Shown here piece by piece: positions 11,428 to 24,190 of a stretch of 43,126 nt of DNA; within the stretch, counting starts at the first letter, position 1, and the number at the start of each line of letters is the position of its first letter. The DNA lies in assembly GCF_001194135.2 (NCBI RefSeq), contig NC_068983.1, forward strand, positions 121,930,992-121,974,117. The letters run 5' to 3'. Source of the stretch: Octopus bimaculoides. Taxonomy: Eukaryota. The notes under the pieces are model-generated. The model did not search any database. It was not told the DNA's origin and saw only the letters and a program-made list of their open reading frames with translations. The position numbers and the translations under genes are program-made.

Positions 11428-11982
11428 TTTCAAATTGTTGCACAAGGCCAGCAATGTTAAAGAGGGGGTAAGTCGATTGCATGGACCCCATACTCAACTG
11501 GTACTTTATTTTATCAATCCCGAAGGATGAAAGGCAAAGTCGACCTCGGCGGAATTTAAACTCAGAACGTAAAGACGGACGAAATGCCACTAAAATGTGT
11601 GTCCAGCGCAATAACGATTCCGCTAGTTCGCCGACTTTTAAGCATAATCATAATATTAAAAAACAACAACAATAACAATAATAATAATAATAATAATAAT
11701 AATAGTTTCAAATTTTGCCACAAGGATAGCACTTTGGGGGAGGAGATAAATCGATTACGTTGACCCAGTACTTGACTGGTACTTAATTTATCGACTCCGA
11801 AAGGATGAAAAGCAAAGACGACCTCGGCGGAATTTGAACTCAGAACGTAAACACAGACGAAATGCCGCTAAGCAGTGTGTCCGTTAATGGTTCAGCGAAG
11901 ATCAGTCTCCAAAGACTTAAACTTACATTGCGAGTCAGTCTTTCAACAATTCTGATAACAATTCTGCCAGTTCGCCGACTTT
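11428..11982 (-). mobile_element. Tandem pair of tRNA-derived SINE family 1 (11428-11638, 11706-11982)
   Basis: Each copy has the reverse complement of the B-box-like gagttcaaattcc and the central gtcgactttgcctttcatcctttcggggtcgataaa domain. The second copy carries a ~70-bp insert. Confidence 0.9.
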
Positions 11983-12777
11983 TGAGCATAATCATAATAT
12001 TAACAAAAACAACAACAACAACTTCAACACCAAAAAACTGGTTGATTTTTTTTTTTTAAACTACTTAAAGCTAAAATTACATCAGAATACAAATAAAACA
12101 CTTAAAAGAAAAGTACATAAGACAAAGAACGAACAAAACATCAAACTCAAAAATACAAACAATAAAAACAGAAACATTAAAATAAACATTGAGAATGTAA
12201 ATATTGAAGATAGATATAGCGCTATCGAAACAAGGAAAATAATAGAGCAGAAATATATCAAACCCTTATAAACCAAAAGAATACTGATGACGAAAACTAA
12301 AACAGCATTGCACCATCAAAAATACATAACGAAGAAAATATGGAAAAGATCAAGCGAGTACAGAATTTTTAAGTTGAAAATATTGAACAACTTGTTAAAG
12401 AATTACAAATTGATAAAACTTCCTTTGGACTAACAAAAGATCACCTCAAAGATAAACTTTTACGTTAAAGTAGCAACAATGATGAAAAAGTTAGTCCATC
12501 AAAAACATTGGAAAAAGTTACAAATATCAATGCCAGCAAAATAATTCAATCAATATAATTAACAACCAGAATAGTGACAAAACGAAATGGATATCGACCC
12601 AAAATTTCTTTTCGGTTGTTTATATTCTGTTAGTATTACTTGTACTGTCTGTTAAGTTGTTAATTCTTCCCTTAGTTGTTTCCTCTGTTGCACTTAATTT
12701 AGTATTCTCGTCCGTCGCTGATAATTCACTAAAATCTCCATTTGAGTTCTTACAGCAGAAAAAGATAAAGTAAAATA

Positions 12778-13676
12778 CAGGGGTTGGACAAAATAATGGA
12801 ATCACCTTAAAGTTTCAAACAAATTTATTTTAATATGGGGTAGGACCGCCTTTGGCAGTAATTACAGCTTGAATTCTACGAAGTATGGCCTCGTACTAAG
12901 TTTGAATTGTTTCCAAAGGAATTTTTGTTCATTCTTCAGCTAAAACAGTCTCCAGTTCTTGTAGTGATGATGCTATCGACTCCTTACTTGTTTTTCTAAA
13001 ATGCACTATAAATGTTCAATAACATTAAGATCTGGGGACTGTGGTGGCCAGATAAAATGTTCAACTTCACTAGAATGTTCCTCGTGCAATTCAGTAACAA
13101 CTTTATCTGTGTGAATTGGCGCATTATCATTCTGAAAGATTGCATTCCCCTCCGGAAACAGTTCCGCAAGCATAGGATGAATTTGATGAGATAAAATGCA
13201 TAAATAGTTTTGACTATTAATTCTGCCATGAAGGGAAACCATTGGGCCAGCAGATTTCCAATATATAGCCCCCACCCCCACGATCATCACAAATCCTCCT
13301 CCATATTTAACAGTTGGAAGAAGGCAGTCTGGATCAAATGCTTCTTTTGGCTGTCTCCACACGTATACTCGGCCGGTGGTCGGAAATAAGGTAAAGGATG
13401 ACTCGTCCAAGAAAGTAACATTCTTCCACTGCTCTAGGGTTCAATTCTGTATGGTTTTACTCCACTCTAATCGCTTTGCAGCGTTTGTTTTTGAAAGTAG
13501 TGGTTTTCTGATTGCAGCCCTCCCGTGAAATCCGGCTTTGTGCAGTTCCCGGCGAACAGTTTTAGTGGAAACTGGGTTCCCGAGGTGGTCATTAAGCTCT
13601 GCAGTAATTTTGGGAGTTGTACTTTTGTGATCCTTTCTAACAATTCGCGTAAGAGTCCGACGGTCCCTATCTGAAA
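12778..13676 (-). mobile_element. Tc1-like (DD34E) transposon, transposase pseudogene, cut off by a gap
   Basis: TA + CAGGGGTTGGACAAAATAATGGAATCACC terminal repeat at 12776. Transposase motifs include KTVRRELHKAGFHGRAAIRKPLL, DESSF, TVKYGGG, FQNDNAPIH and WPPQSPDLNVIEHL; stop at ~12830. Confidence 0.93.
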
Positions 13677-13710
13677 NNNNNNNNNNTCGGGCAGTTTTGT
13701 TAAAAAAAAA

Positions 13711-13748
13711 CTGTCCAACGAACGGGAACGTGAAACTCTGAATAACAG
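13711..13748 (+). ncRNA. Degenerate minimal type-I hammerhead ribozyme motif
   Basis: Stem I CTGT/ACAG; core CCAACGA (consensus CUGANGA); stem II ACG-GGAA-CGT; GAAA-C; loop TCTGA; then A-TA where G-UH is expected. Confidence 0.65.
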
Positions 13749-13860
13749 CTTTTGTTATATTTCTGCTGCTTTTAAATAAAGTATATTACTCTACCTCTGT
13801 TATTTGAGTACTCTTCTTTCCACCTTGTTTCATATTTATGTGCTTACTCCGGTATATATG
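13711..13860 (+). mobile_element. Probable Penelope-like pseudo-LTR (solo remnant)
   Basis: Hammerhead motif followed by AATAAA at 13775-13780, the arrangement known for PLE pLTRs. Confidence 0.5.
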
Positions 13861-14507
13861 CAAAGGGATGTAGCAAAAGACTGCAATGACGTCACCAAAA
13901 AGCTCGTCAGACATCGTATGGTTTAGCATTTTTAGCAACGTTGCGTGTTTTAGCTGTATGCTATTCATAAATATGGAGAATTATTGGATACAAAATCTCC
14001 TGATCCACAGTTCGGAAGTATCGTATTCTTGTGAATACATCTGTCATGAAAAAGTTGTTAAAAAAATAGACAAAATTCAGATCTTCTGTAACTAACAGAT
14101 CCAAGTGATTCAAGCGAAGTAGTTTTGCCTAAGATGAAGTAGAAAATTATTGAAGCCATTTCATGTGTGTTTTATTGTGATATAAATCACTTCTGCTCTC
14201 AAACAACAATGTTCACTACTAAATGTTGCTACTGACATTATTGATTTCTCTTTCGCAGTGAAAATGGTAGAACCAGTAGAGCACTGGACAATATTCATTT
14301 TGGTATATATTATCTCATCCCTTTACCTTTTGAGTTCGAGTCCTACGGATCTCAAATTTACTTTTCTTCCTTTCGGTGTCATTAAAAATTAACACCAGTC
14401 ATATTTGTTTTCGTTCTGGTTCTTCGCGTTATCGTGGTTCTTTTTATTGTCGTTTTGGCCGCTGTTACGTTTGTTACAATGGTTCTTGACAATATTTCTG
14501 TTAACAC

Positions 14508-14920
14508 TAAAGCGGTAAGCTGGCAGAATCGTTACCACACTAGACAAAATGCATAACGGCATTTCGTCCGTTTTTATGTTCTGAGTTGAAATTCTGCTGA
14601 TGTTAACTTTGTCTTTCATCCTTTCGGGGAACCAGTTGAGCACTTGAGTCGATGTAACCAACTTACCCCTTCCCCGAAATTGCTGGCTTTGTGCCAAAAT
14701 TCACAAACAATATTTCTGTTAACGTTAAGGCGGTGAGCTTCCAGAATCATTAGTACGCCAGACAAAATGCTTACTGGCATTTCGTCCATCAGCATGTTCT
14801 GAGTTCAAATTCTGCCGAGGTCGATTTAACCTTACATCCCTTCGGGGTCGATAAAATAAGTACCAGTTAATCGACTTAATCCCTCACCGAATTTGCTAGC
14901 CTTGTGCCAGAATTTGAAGC
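14508..14920 (+). mobile_element. Tandem pair of SINE family 1 (14508-14707, 14726-14920)
   Basis: A-box-like taaggcggtgagct(g)gcagaa, B-box-like gagttcaaattc, central domain, and a ccttgtgccaaaatttgaa-type tail. Confidence 0.9.
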
Positions 14921-15322
14921 CAATATTTCTGTTAACGCTATTATTGTCACTTATACCGTATTGCTATTGTGTAGCTGTTGCTAATGTGGTTAGTGTATCG
15001 CATTGTTGCCATTCTGACTCGAAGGTACTAAGTCAAACAACTAGGTGTGATCCACAGATTTATTGTTCTACGTATGCCATACCGCACACTTCGGCATTCA
15101 CTGGATAATGTTATAGGGAACAGAGCAGCAGTTTGGAGATGCATTATTTCCACTCGCCAGTCTATCTATGTTCACTTGTATAATATGGTGGTAACCACAG
15201 TGGAAATGAACAAGAGCACAACAGATACTATTCGCCTCCAACTACTGTTACTACTGTGCATACCAGCACAGTATTTGTCGAGATTATAGATGTATTTTTG
15301 TGCAATGGTTTTGATTTTGCTG

Positions 15323-15324
<2 letters not shown>

Positions 15325-15365
<41 letters not shown>
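15325..15365. repeat. (GT)n microsatellite
   Basis: Read directly; ends at a gap. Confidence 0.95.
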
Positions 15366-15399
15366 NNNNNNNNNNTTGCAATTCGTCTGAATGTTTGTA

Positions 15400-17410
15400 T
15401 GGACTCAGTTAAATAGATAATGTTGTTAGTGGGTGTTTAGTGTTCTAGGGTAATGCAGATGTGTTTGACCATAGTTGAATGTGTAGCGAAAGAAAATGCA
15501 AGGGAACTAGAACTTACTGTTACAATAGACTGTGTCCTCGCATGTTCAATTAATCTTTCATTTTTTTGTAATTTAACTCCACTGAGTACATAACCTATGC
15601 ACATGGTCAATGCACAAATTATGATGATGCAAAGTATTGGTTTGTGTTCTTCGTAGATAATTGGGAGGGGTTTTGGGATCCCAGGCAGGGATAGCATAAT
15701 TTATAATGAATCACATGTATTGCTTTTCCATTAATGTTGTTTCTCTGTAGTACCTGTAACTGTTTTAAGTATTTTTATCATCTACGTGTACTATGAATGT
15801 TGACGGGATCTATGTAACTCCTACTCTTTTTGTCTTCTGAACGTGCGATATGTCTATGTTAATGATAGCTGATTGTATTTTACTTTAGCTGGTGTGATTG
15901 ATAGGAAAGCAGATTTTGAATTTGGTAAGTGCTATCTACTATAAGGCTGTTGTTATGGAACCAAATTTCTCCGTGATTAATGTATTATTGGAAAATGTGT
16001 GCAGATATATCTGGAGAACAGAGGAAGGATGCGATAGTGATGACTTTTGTGCATAAGACTGTATGTTCTATAGGTGTGTAATTGATGTACAGATTTAAAT
16101 TTTTAAAAATATTGGGTGAGAAGAAGGATCCTTATTGTATTCCATCACAGAAATTACAAATTCTGGATGTTTTTTTCATTCTCCATGGGCTTGACCACAT
16201 CAATGAACATTTGCTAACTAGCGTTTTTGCTGTTTCTTCCGGAAGCGTTGCGTATTTGTGTATAGCAGTTAATGAAGTCGAAAGCTTTGCCAGCTGATGA
16301 CAGTTAAGATTGCTCTGTTGTTGTATGTTATTGAAGCCATATTTGTGTGCGACGCGCGCGCGCGCGCGTGTGTGTGCAAAGTTTGTTATTAATATGATAG
16401 TGGCGCGTAAAGGTCTAAATCTGTTTTGTGTGTTAATGAAAGTAATACTTGATAATGTGTGCTTTGTGTGTTAAAGAAAGTAATAATTGATAATGCTTTA
16501 CATGCACATTTGCTATTTTGTCAGACCCTGACACTTCTAAAAATGTTTAATCACCTTTTTGTTTTTGTTTTTTTTTTGTTTTTTTTGTTTTGTTTTTTTG
16601 CTTTGATATTTTTTTCTTTTTTCATATCTGTATGTTTATGTGTTTTCTTGCGCACGAAGAAAACGGAGTAGAACGGAGACGTCGAGGACGTAGTGGGTGT
16701 ATTGCCCTTTATGTTTCTGTTTCCGCAGCGCACTTTCTGCGGCTGATTTTTGACAAGTATTTGGTAAGTGAATATGTTTGCTTGTTGGAAACTCGTCACG
16801 TAACTTGAGGCTGTTATCATCACATGAGACGTATGGTTGGCCTGTTGTTGGAATTATTCCGACAGCTAATTATTTTATTGCACTTTAATGTTTGTTTAGT
16901 GATTCGTCTTGAATACAAACTTTTAGGTGAGGATTTTTCTGTGATTTCCTTTTTTACTAGCTTCATGTCGAGTTTATTTCTGTTAAATGCTGTGTTGGAT
17001 TATTATTTTCGGTTGTGTCACTGGCTTTGTACTTTTCATACTACCTTACAGAATGTTTTTTTAGAAAGAATTGTTTTGTTTAACTCTGTCACTAGATATG
17101 GAAGTTGTTCTACTAAGTTTTCTTTTATGTTTGAGAATGTGTGTGTGTGTGTATGAGTGTGTGTGTGCGTGTGTGTGTGTGTGTGTTTTGTCGATTATTG
17201 ATATGTGGTTGCTGTGATGATGTATCAGGTAAGCGATCAGAAGGTAGTTGAGAGATTGCTTGCCACGAGATTTTCGTGGTTAAATGTGTTGTGCAGAAAG
17301 TAATGTCTGAAGAGTGGATGAGACTCTGATGGAAAGTTTGATGAGATATGTGGATGTGTAAGTGTGAGGTGTTAAGAATGTAACTGAAGTTAAGCTGTGA
17401 AGCCATTGTG
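15400..17410 (-). mobile_element. Highly degenerate APE-RT LINE (Jockey/I-group-like) ORF2, interrupted by simple repeats
   Basis: Collinear minus-strand remnants: endonuclease end SSDITF...SDRLP (17200-17330), KAFDFIN (~16280), GIQ*GSFFSP (QGS.LSP equivalent, ~16130), SYAQ (YADD position, ~16060) and YAIPAWDP (~15690). Confidence 0.7.
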
Positions 17411-17784
17411 TCATCATCTCTTGTGTTATTTATATTGTTCCGTCATTGATGTTTAGCATCAAATCAGCTCTGACCAAATACATCAATAATTCATTGCAGC
17501 CACAATCATCTTGTCCTTTTGAATATCTAGGAGTGCAGTATTCAATATGTTTTTCTTTTATTATTTTAAGACGACAGGGTGTAATCCGAAGGATATTTGG
17601 CTGTTATTTCTTGTAGGTCATTGACAAAGTAAAGATTCCCTTGTTGTCTTTTCTGAATTGTTTTGGTTTGTTCCATGTAATATGTGCATTGGAGTCTCCT
17701 GCAATTATTGCTTTTGGGAATGTGTTAATGTGTTGTAGTTAGAGTGTGTGACCTAGTAATACGAATGGTGAAGTTAGTTGTGTT

Positions 17785-17786
<2 letters not shown>

Positions 17787-17831
<45 letters not shown>

Positions 17832-17881
17832 NNNNNNNNNNNNNNNNNNNNNNNNNNNNNNNNNNNNNNNNNNNNNNNNNN

Positions 17882-17915
<34 letters not shown>
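17787..17915. repeat. (GT)n microsatellite spanning a gap
   Basis: Read directly. Confidence 0.95.
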
Positions 17916-17918
<3 letters not shown>

Positions 17919-18883
17919 ATACGTCTGTATTGATGTTTTATATTTTGACATGTCGTTATAAATGCTATGAAACCTTCACCGTGATTTGGCATGTACCACC
18001 TTATCGAGGTGTGATTATAGATTCGACGTGTACTGGGTTGCAGTTATAGCATTGTATTTCTGTACCGCTGTAATACTGATGTCATGTGTAACGAAAATTT
18101 TAGTTCCATAAATTTGTTTTTAAACCTATGTGTTAAATGCATGTTCGTTATATTTATGCATTGTAATTTCTGTATGGCGTGCAACAATTTTCGAGCGTAA
18201 TTTGTTCTGTGCTAGGCTTTGGCTTTCAGAAAATAATAGTGACAATTGCGTTTTTTATGATTATGATTTGTTATTTTTGCTGTTTATGTGAGTTTTTGGC
18301 AAATGGTATTCTTTGTATGTGTCTAGGTATTTTCTTCACATGTCTTTACTTTTTCAAAGATATTAATATCCGTTTCATACTGAGTCGCCGCATTCAGATT
18401 TCTTTCACACATGATATTAAAATGCTTTTTGTACTGTCTTTATTTTTCCTCCTCTGTATCAAATGCTCCAGTGTGATCAAAATTTTAGTGTGTTCGTTCG
18501 TTTCGAAGGAAATTAGTGAATTTGGTATTGCTTGTGCTCTCTATTCCTGGTTCTCCGGTCAGATATGTACATGGAATCTAATGTAGCACTCAAACGGTGT
18601 CGGGTGTTATACTGAAGTTCGCGTGATTCTAAGAAAATCCAAAGGATAAATGAAAATTTGGAAATATCGATTTTATAGCTTTCCGTATTTCTGTGAAAAT
18701 ATTTGCAAAGATGAAGCAAACTAACTCCTGAACATCTTACTTGATAACTGTTGAGAATTATACGAGTAAAAAAGATGATGGAAAGGGAAATAAAACTAAT
18801 ATATTTATAAGGAGAGTATTTAGTTACATTTATCAAAGAAACAATGTGAAAAGTATAGAATGAAAATAAAAAGACAGTACATA

Positions 18884-19301
18884 TTTCGGAGGACTGGTTA
18901 AGTTGATTACATCGATACCCAGTACTCAACTGCTATTTATTCTATCAACCCGAGAAGATGAAAGGCAAAGTCGAGCTCGGCGATATTTGAACTCAGAACG
19001 TAAAAACGGACGAAATGTCACTAAGCATATTGCCTGATGTGTTAAGGAATCTGACAGCCCACCGCCTTATAAAGAGACATTACATACTGATTTCAAATTT
19101 TGGCACAAGGCCGGCAATTTTGGGGGAGGGGTTAGTCGATTACATCGACCCCAGTGCTCAACTGGTATTTATTTTATCGACTCCGAAAGGATGAAAGGCA
19201 AAGCCGACCTCGATGGAATTTAAACTCAGAACGTAAAGACGGACGAAATGCCGCTAAGAATTTTGCCGAGTGTACTAACGAATCTGCCAGCTCACCTCCT
19301 T
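18884..19301 (-). mobile_element. Tandem pair of SINE family 1 (18884-19069, 19090-19301)
   Basis: Same head, central domain and tail in reverse complement. Confidence 0.9.
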
Positions 19302-19959
19302 AGACAGAGACATTACATATTAAGATTTGGATTATAGACTGAGCTTTTATAGATGAGTATTTCTAATGAAGGTTTTTATACGTAACAACATTTACCTTCT
19401 TATGATTACGTAGCGTAATTCATATTTTACTTTAATAAAAACAATGTAATAAAAACAATGGGAAAAGTCTGTCGCTTGCATTTTTTTATCGAAAATTAAG
19501 TATCTGTAATTTAAGAGCTTCGATCTCTGTATAAATGTTCGTTTGTTACATGATGATCGATTATTGATAGCAACAAACTAATAGGTTTCCTATCGACTTT
19601 TTGCTATAAGTGATTTGTTTTAGAGCGATAAACAATTAAGCGGACATTCTTCATAAAATCTCCATCTGTTATCCATGTTCATAAATGTATAGCCTCATTT
19701 ATTTCTTTTCATTGAGTTCGTCGTGTTTCTTTTATACTTGTAACGATATAATTCCAAACTGATATTAGACTTTTATGTTTTTAAAGTATTTCTATACTTC
19801 ACTCGTTTCTGTCTGACTACAGCTGTTTTATATTATTATTCTGTAGTGTCACTGTTATCCAAGAAATATTTTATGTGCGGCGCACTTGAAAGTAGATAAA
19901 TATATTTTTGCACATTTTCTGCATAAAGCAAAAAGAAATGTATTTAAAAAATTTGGGGG

Positions 19960-19981
19960 ACAGACAGACAGACAGACAGAC

Positions 19982-20042
<61 letters not shown>
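19960..20042. repeat. (GACA)n(GATA)n tetranucleotide microsatellite
   Basis: Read directly. Confidence 0.97.
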
Positions 20043-20473
20043 CAGGCGTGATTATGTATTAAGAGGCACGGTTTGAAACCACCTGGTTTCGAGATCAGTC
20101 CCACTGTGCCGTACCTTGTGAAAATATCAACTATAGTCTAGGGTCGATCAATGCCTAGTGAATGCATTTAGTAGATGGAAACTGCATGAAAGCTCGTCAT
20201 TTATATGCAAGGAGGTGCATGTGTGTGTGTGTGTGTATGTGTGTGTGTGTGTGTATGTGTGTGTCTTTGTGCTTGTGTTTTCCTCCCCCCACCACTTGAC
20301 AATCGGTAGTGGTTTGTTTACGTCTCTGTAACATAGCGGTTCACTAAAAGGAATTGGTAGCATAAGTACCAGACTTTCAAAAAATAAGTACTATGGTCGA
20401 TTTGTTAAAGGTGAAGCCCCAACATGGCTGCAGTCTAATAGCTGGAACATGTAAGAGATAAAAAATAAAGGAT
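20043..20473 (+). mobile_element. SINE family 2 (tRNA-like head, CORE-like middle, internal (GT)n), full length, decayed
   Basis: The head and middle match the reverse-complement copy at 40129-40296; the 3' part matches 36661-36797. Confidence 0.8.
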
Positions 20474-20849
20474 ATCTTTCAACCAATGGATATAAATAAT
20501 TTAAGCTACAAAATATCATTAAATACTTCTTTATTCAATAAATAAAGACGAGCTATCAATGCGAAACATGAACTCGGTATTTTTTAGCAATATTTACTAT
20601 GTTCTACTTTGTATTTTTTTAATCAGAAAGTACTTTTTTACTTTCTTTATTTCTCAAGACCTCTAAGGCTATTTATTAAAAGGAATGGAAGGCACATGTC
20701 CCTAAACCGAAAACGTTCTCCAAATGCTCATTATAGAATGAATTCCGCTAAAGGCATCCAAGGACCCAAGTTTTTATGTTAAACCGGATGACGGATAAGT
20801 CTACCACCCAATGCATGCAAAGAAAGAAAGAAAGAAAGAAAGAAAGAGA

Positions 20850-21100
20850 GCAATTTATGTAAACGTTTGTATAAAACTGAATAAGAATAAATGCAGCTGT
20901 TTTAGCGACTGAAGAATATTTTTCTTTAATAGAAATCCAAAATGTGTCAATAAGTAACTCTATATATTTGATTATTAAGTCCGCTCTGGCTGAACATTGA
21001 AGCCTTTCTTCGTCAGAAGATCTCAAACCGATATCTGATTATCTCAATAAAAGGATTTCAAACCCAATCAAAAAGTGCTTAATGGAGGAATATCAAAGTT
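20850..21100 (-). mobile_element. hAT (Charlie/Buster-like) transposase C-terminal fragment
   Basis: Minus-strand DWV*NPF ... LRSSDEERLQCS ... ELLIDTFWISIKEKYSSVAKTAAFILIQFYT matches the hAT dimerisation-domain pattern (FW.....Y..L...A..IL..F.T). Confidence 0.65.
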
Positions 21101-22114
21101 CAGTTTCCCTTTCTCAGTTCTCAAAATACTGTACTCAAGTGAATTAGAAGGACGAAGTCTTCCATTATCTTCTACTCTGAGTTTAATTTGATTGATACTG
21201 TCAGTGTTATATTAAAACTATATACAGAATTTCGGTTCATAATTTTCAACTTTTCTTTCTTTTAATATGGATTTGCATAACATAAATGAAGCAGTGTGAC
21301 ATAGAGTTAAGACGGTTAAAATTGTTCAAGAATTATATTATAATGCAAATTGGAAAAAAGGAGTGAAAACAAGCAAAATGAAATAAAATAAAAGTTCACA
21401 TTTGTATGTCTTATTCTAATATTGCAAAATTGAAACTCCTTAAAAGAAAATTGAGGATAGTGACGACCTGGTGTCATTTGTACTGTTGCAAAGATACCAG
21501 CCATTGTTTTGTTTTACTTTGCTTCTGTTTTTTGCATTTTTTTTTTTTCATTCTTAACTTTTACTGGTTTTCTAAAACAACTTTAATAATTTTATTATTT
21601 TCACGATACTCACTTTGGAAGCACTGCTCCAGCGTTTCTTTTGTTATCGATAACAGCTGAGATATTTCTGTAAGTATTGTTTATACATCCGTATAATTTG
21701 AAGCGGATTTACATGAAAATTACTTGGCTATAATATATATATTATATGCCAGTGATTCTTAAATCTTTTCGTGTATCCGATTGAAAGATATTCTTTATCT
21801 CTTGTAAAACCGATATGTAAATTCTATTCCGCTCTAAAACAGTCTCTATGATTAACGTCAACACTCGACAATTGACGAAACCAGTCTTTTGTATAGCTCG
21901 ATTTCTGCTACAATTTTCAGCAAACCTACTTTTGTTTCTATCATAATAATAAAATAACAAATTGCTTAATCAGACTGATGGGAAAATTACAGGCGAGTAT
22001 TTATGATAACATTCATTGCATTGTGAAGAATAGTCAGATACGCCAACTACATTTGGTTCCGTCAATACTATATAAGTACACGTTGTGTGTATGTGTGTGT
22101 ATGTCTGTGCGTAA

Positions 22115-22215
<101 letters not shown>

Positions 22216-22804
22216 CTACTAAGGGATGAAGGAAAGAATCCTCAAAAACTAAAGACCTAGTCCTAATATTCACAACATAATGGAGTCCGCTAAAGACACT
22301 TAGAGCCAAAGTGAGGTTGTTAACCGAAATGACGGACTAACTCTTCCGTATAATAACGTACACTGCATTCATATGAAACTTGTACAGTTTCCATGTAGCT
22401 AATTTCACTAACGAGATTTTTCATTTTGCGTTTGTCACATTTAGAAACATAATATTATTCTTTTTACCGCGCAAGACTGTGGAGCGTCCAGAAAGTGCTT
22501 TGCAATATTAGATCCAGCTCTTTACATTCTACAACTGTACATTATATCTTCTGAGCTATCAAAACAGAAATGTCATCTGTGATCGCTCTACGATGGAAAG
22601 TACTTTATCTGAAGCTGTGGTACAAGTATTTATATATCTGTACCATTGATAAGCAAAATTGTCGAAACTAATTTGCTTTGTGAATAAATCTATTACAAAA
22701 TTAAAAACTACACATTTTTAGATTCAGATGCATTTTCAAATCCCAAAACAAACACCATATATATATATATATGGTGTTTTCAAAAATGGAGGCGAACACA
22801 TTAG

Positions 22805-22895
22805 TGTATGTATGTATGTATGTATGTATGTATGTATGTATGTATGTACGTATGTATGTATGTATGTATGTACGTATGTATGTATGTATGTATGC
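22805..22895. repeat. (ATGT)n microsatellite with ACGT variants
   Basis: Read directly. Confidence 0.97.
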
Positions 22896-24190
22896 ACATA
22901 TGTGCAGTGGTATGTGTATATGTTCCTCAAGTAGACTCTAACTGCGAATTCTTTTTCTGTTTCCCAAATCCCCACTATCACTCATTGATTGAATCTGGAA
23001 TTTGTAAATCTATTACGTTCAGTTCTTTTATGGAAAGTTCAGTATTTCCAGGTTACTCTATAAACCTTTTTAACATAGCCCAATATACTTATGAAAATAG
23101 CTTTGAATGAGAATTTGCAGTCAGAGCACAATAACTCTAAGAACGATATCATTTTATCTATGTTGTATATATTTTCTTTATCTGCGAACTTAACTAGATA
23201 TTCACATCATCAAGGTTACATAACTCCACAATAATACATGATTCTTTTATGTCGGTGAGAGTGTATGTGTATTCTTGTTACATATATCTTTATATGTATT
23301 TTTATGCTATGTAGCGATGTATAGATGTACAGTTTTATGTATATGTACGTTCATCCACCATTTTGTAAGATTTATCCAATAAAATTGAAATGCAGCCGAT
23401 AAATCTAAAAACGGTTAAAGTGTATTCTAAAAATAGAAAGCCTGTAAAGAAGATAAGAGAAATAACACAGGCCATGACATTGTCTATCTAGAGAACGGAG
23501 AATTGTATGAAATGGTACAGTTGGTTAAGAAATAGTGTTATCAGCTCCTAAAGAGGAGGTACAATAGGGATGTGAAGTAGAACAATAGATGGTGGAAGAG
23601 TTATATGAAACGGCACGACAGCTGGCTTAAATGATGTGGGAATTTATTATGAAATGTTTCTTAGAGAGTACCATACTACAGTATATTTTGTAAACAGAAA
23701 GTGCAAAGAAAGTAGTATTGGCTTGCATAGATAAAAACAAAACAGTTAATAAAACTAGTTAAATAAGATAAATTTTGAGGTGTATACTGTATACCCTTTC
23801 TTATTTTTCTCACCCTTTTGGAAACTTAAAGCGATTATCTAACTTTTTATACATTGTAATGATGCTGTCTCCGACAGATGAAAATGTAAATGATTAATCG
23901 GAGTATGCAGTTCTGAGATTTTAATAGAAATAAAGCTATCTGTTCAAAATAGTAAATAGTTATACTTGACCAACTGTTATTCTAACGCAGCGACAATTGT
24001 GTAAGTAGGAAACATTTCATGATTAAAACATAAAACGCTAAAAAATTTCAAACATGCAGTAAAGAAAAATATTAGTTCCTGAAGAATATTATTCATACAT
24101 TCATTTAAAGGGAAACTTTGCCGGGGTCGTCTTCTATACTTCTCGATGAAAATAGTATTAGCCATTAACAAATATTATTATTACTGTTTA

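Noticed and set aside
18380-18530. Weak THAP-like pattern on the minus strand (FPSK...W...KKHF)
   Set aside because: Multiple stops and the conserved C2CH residues are not recoverable.
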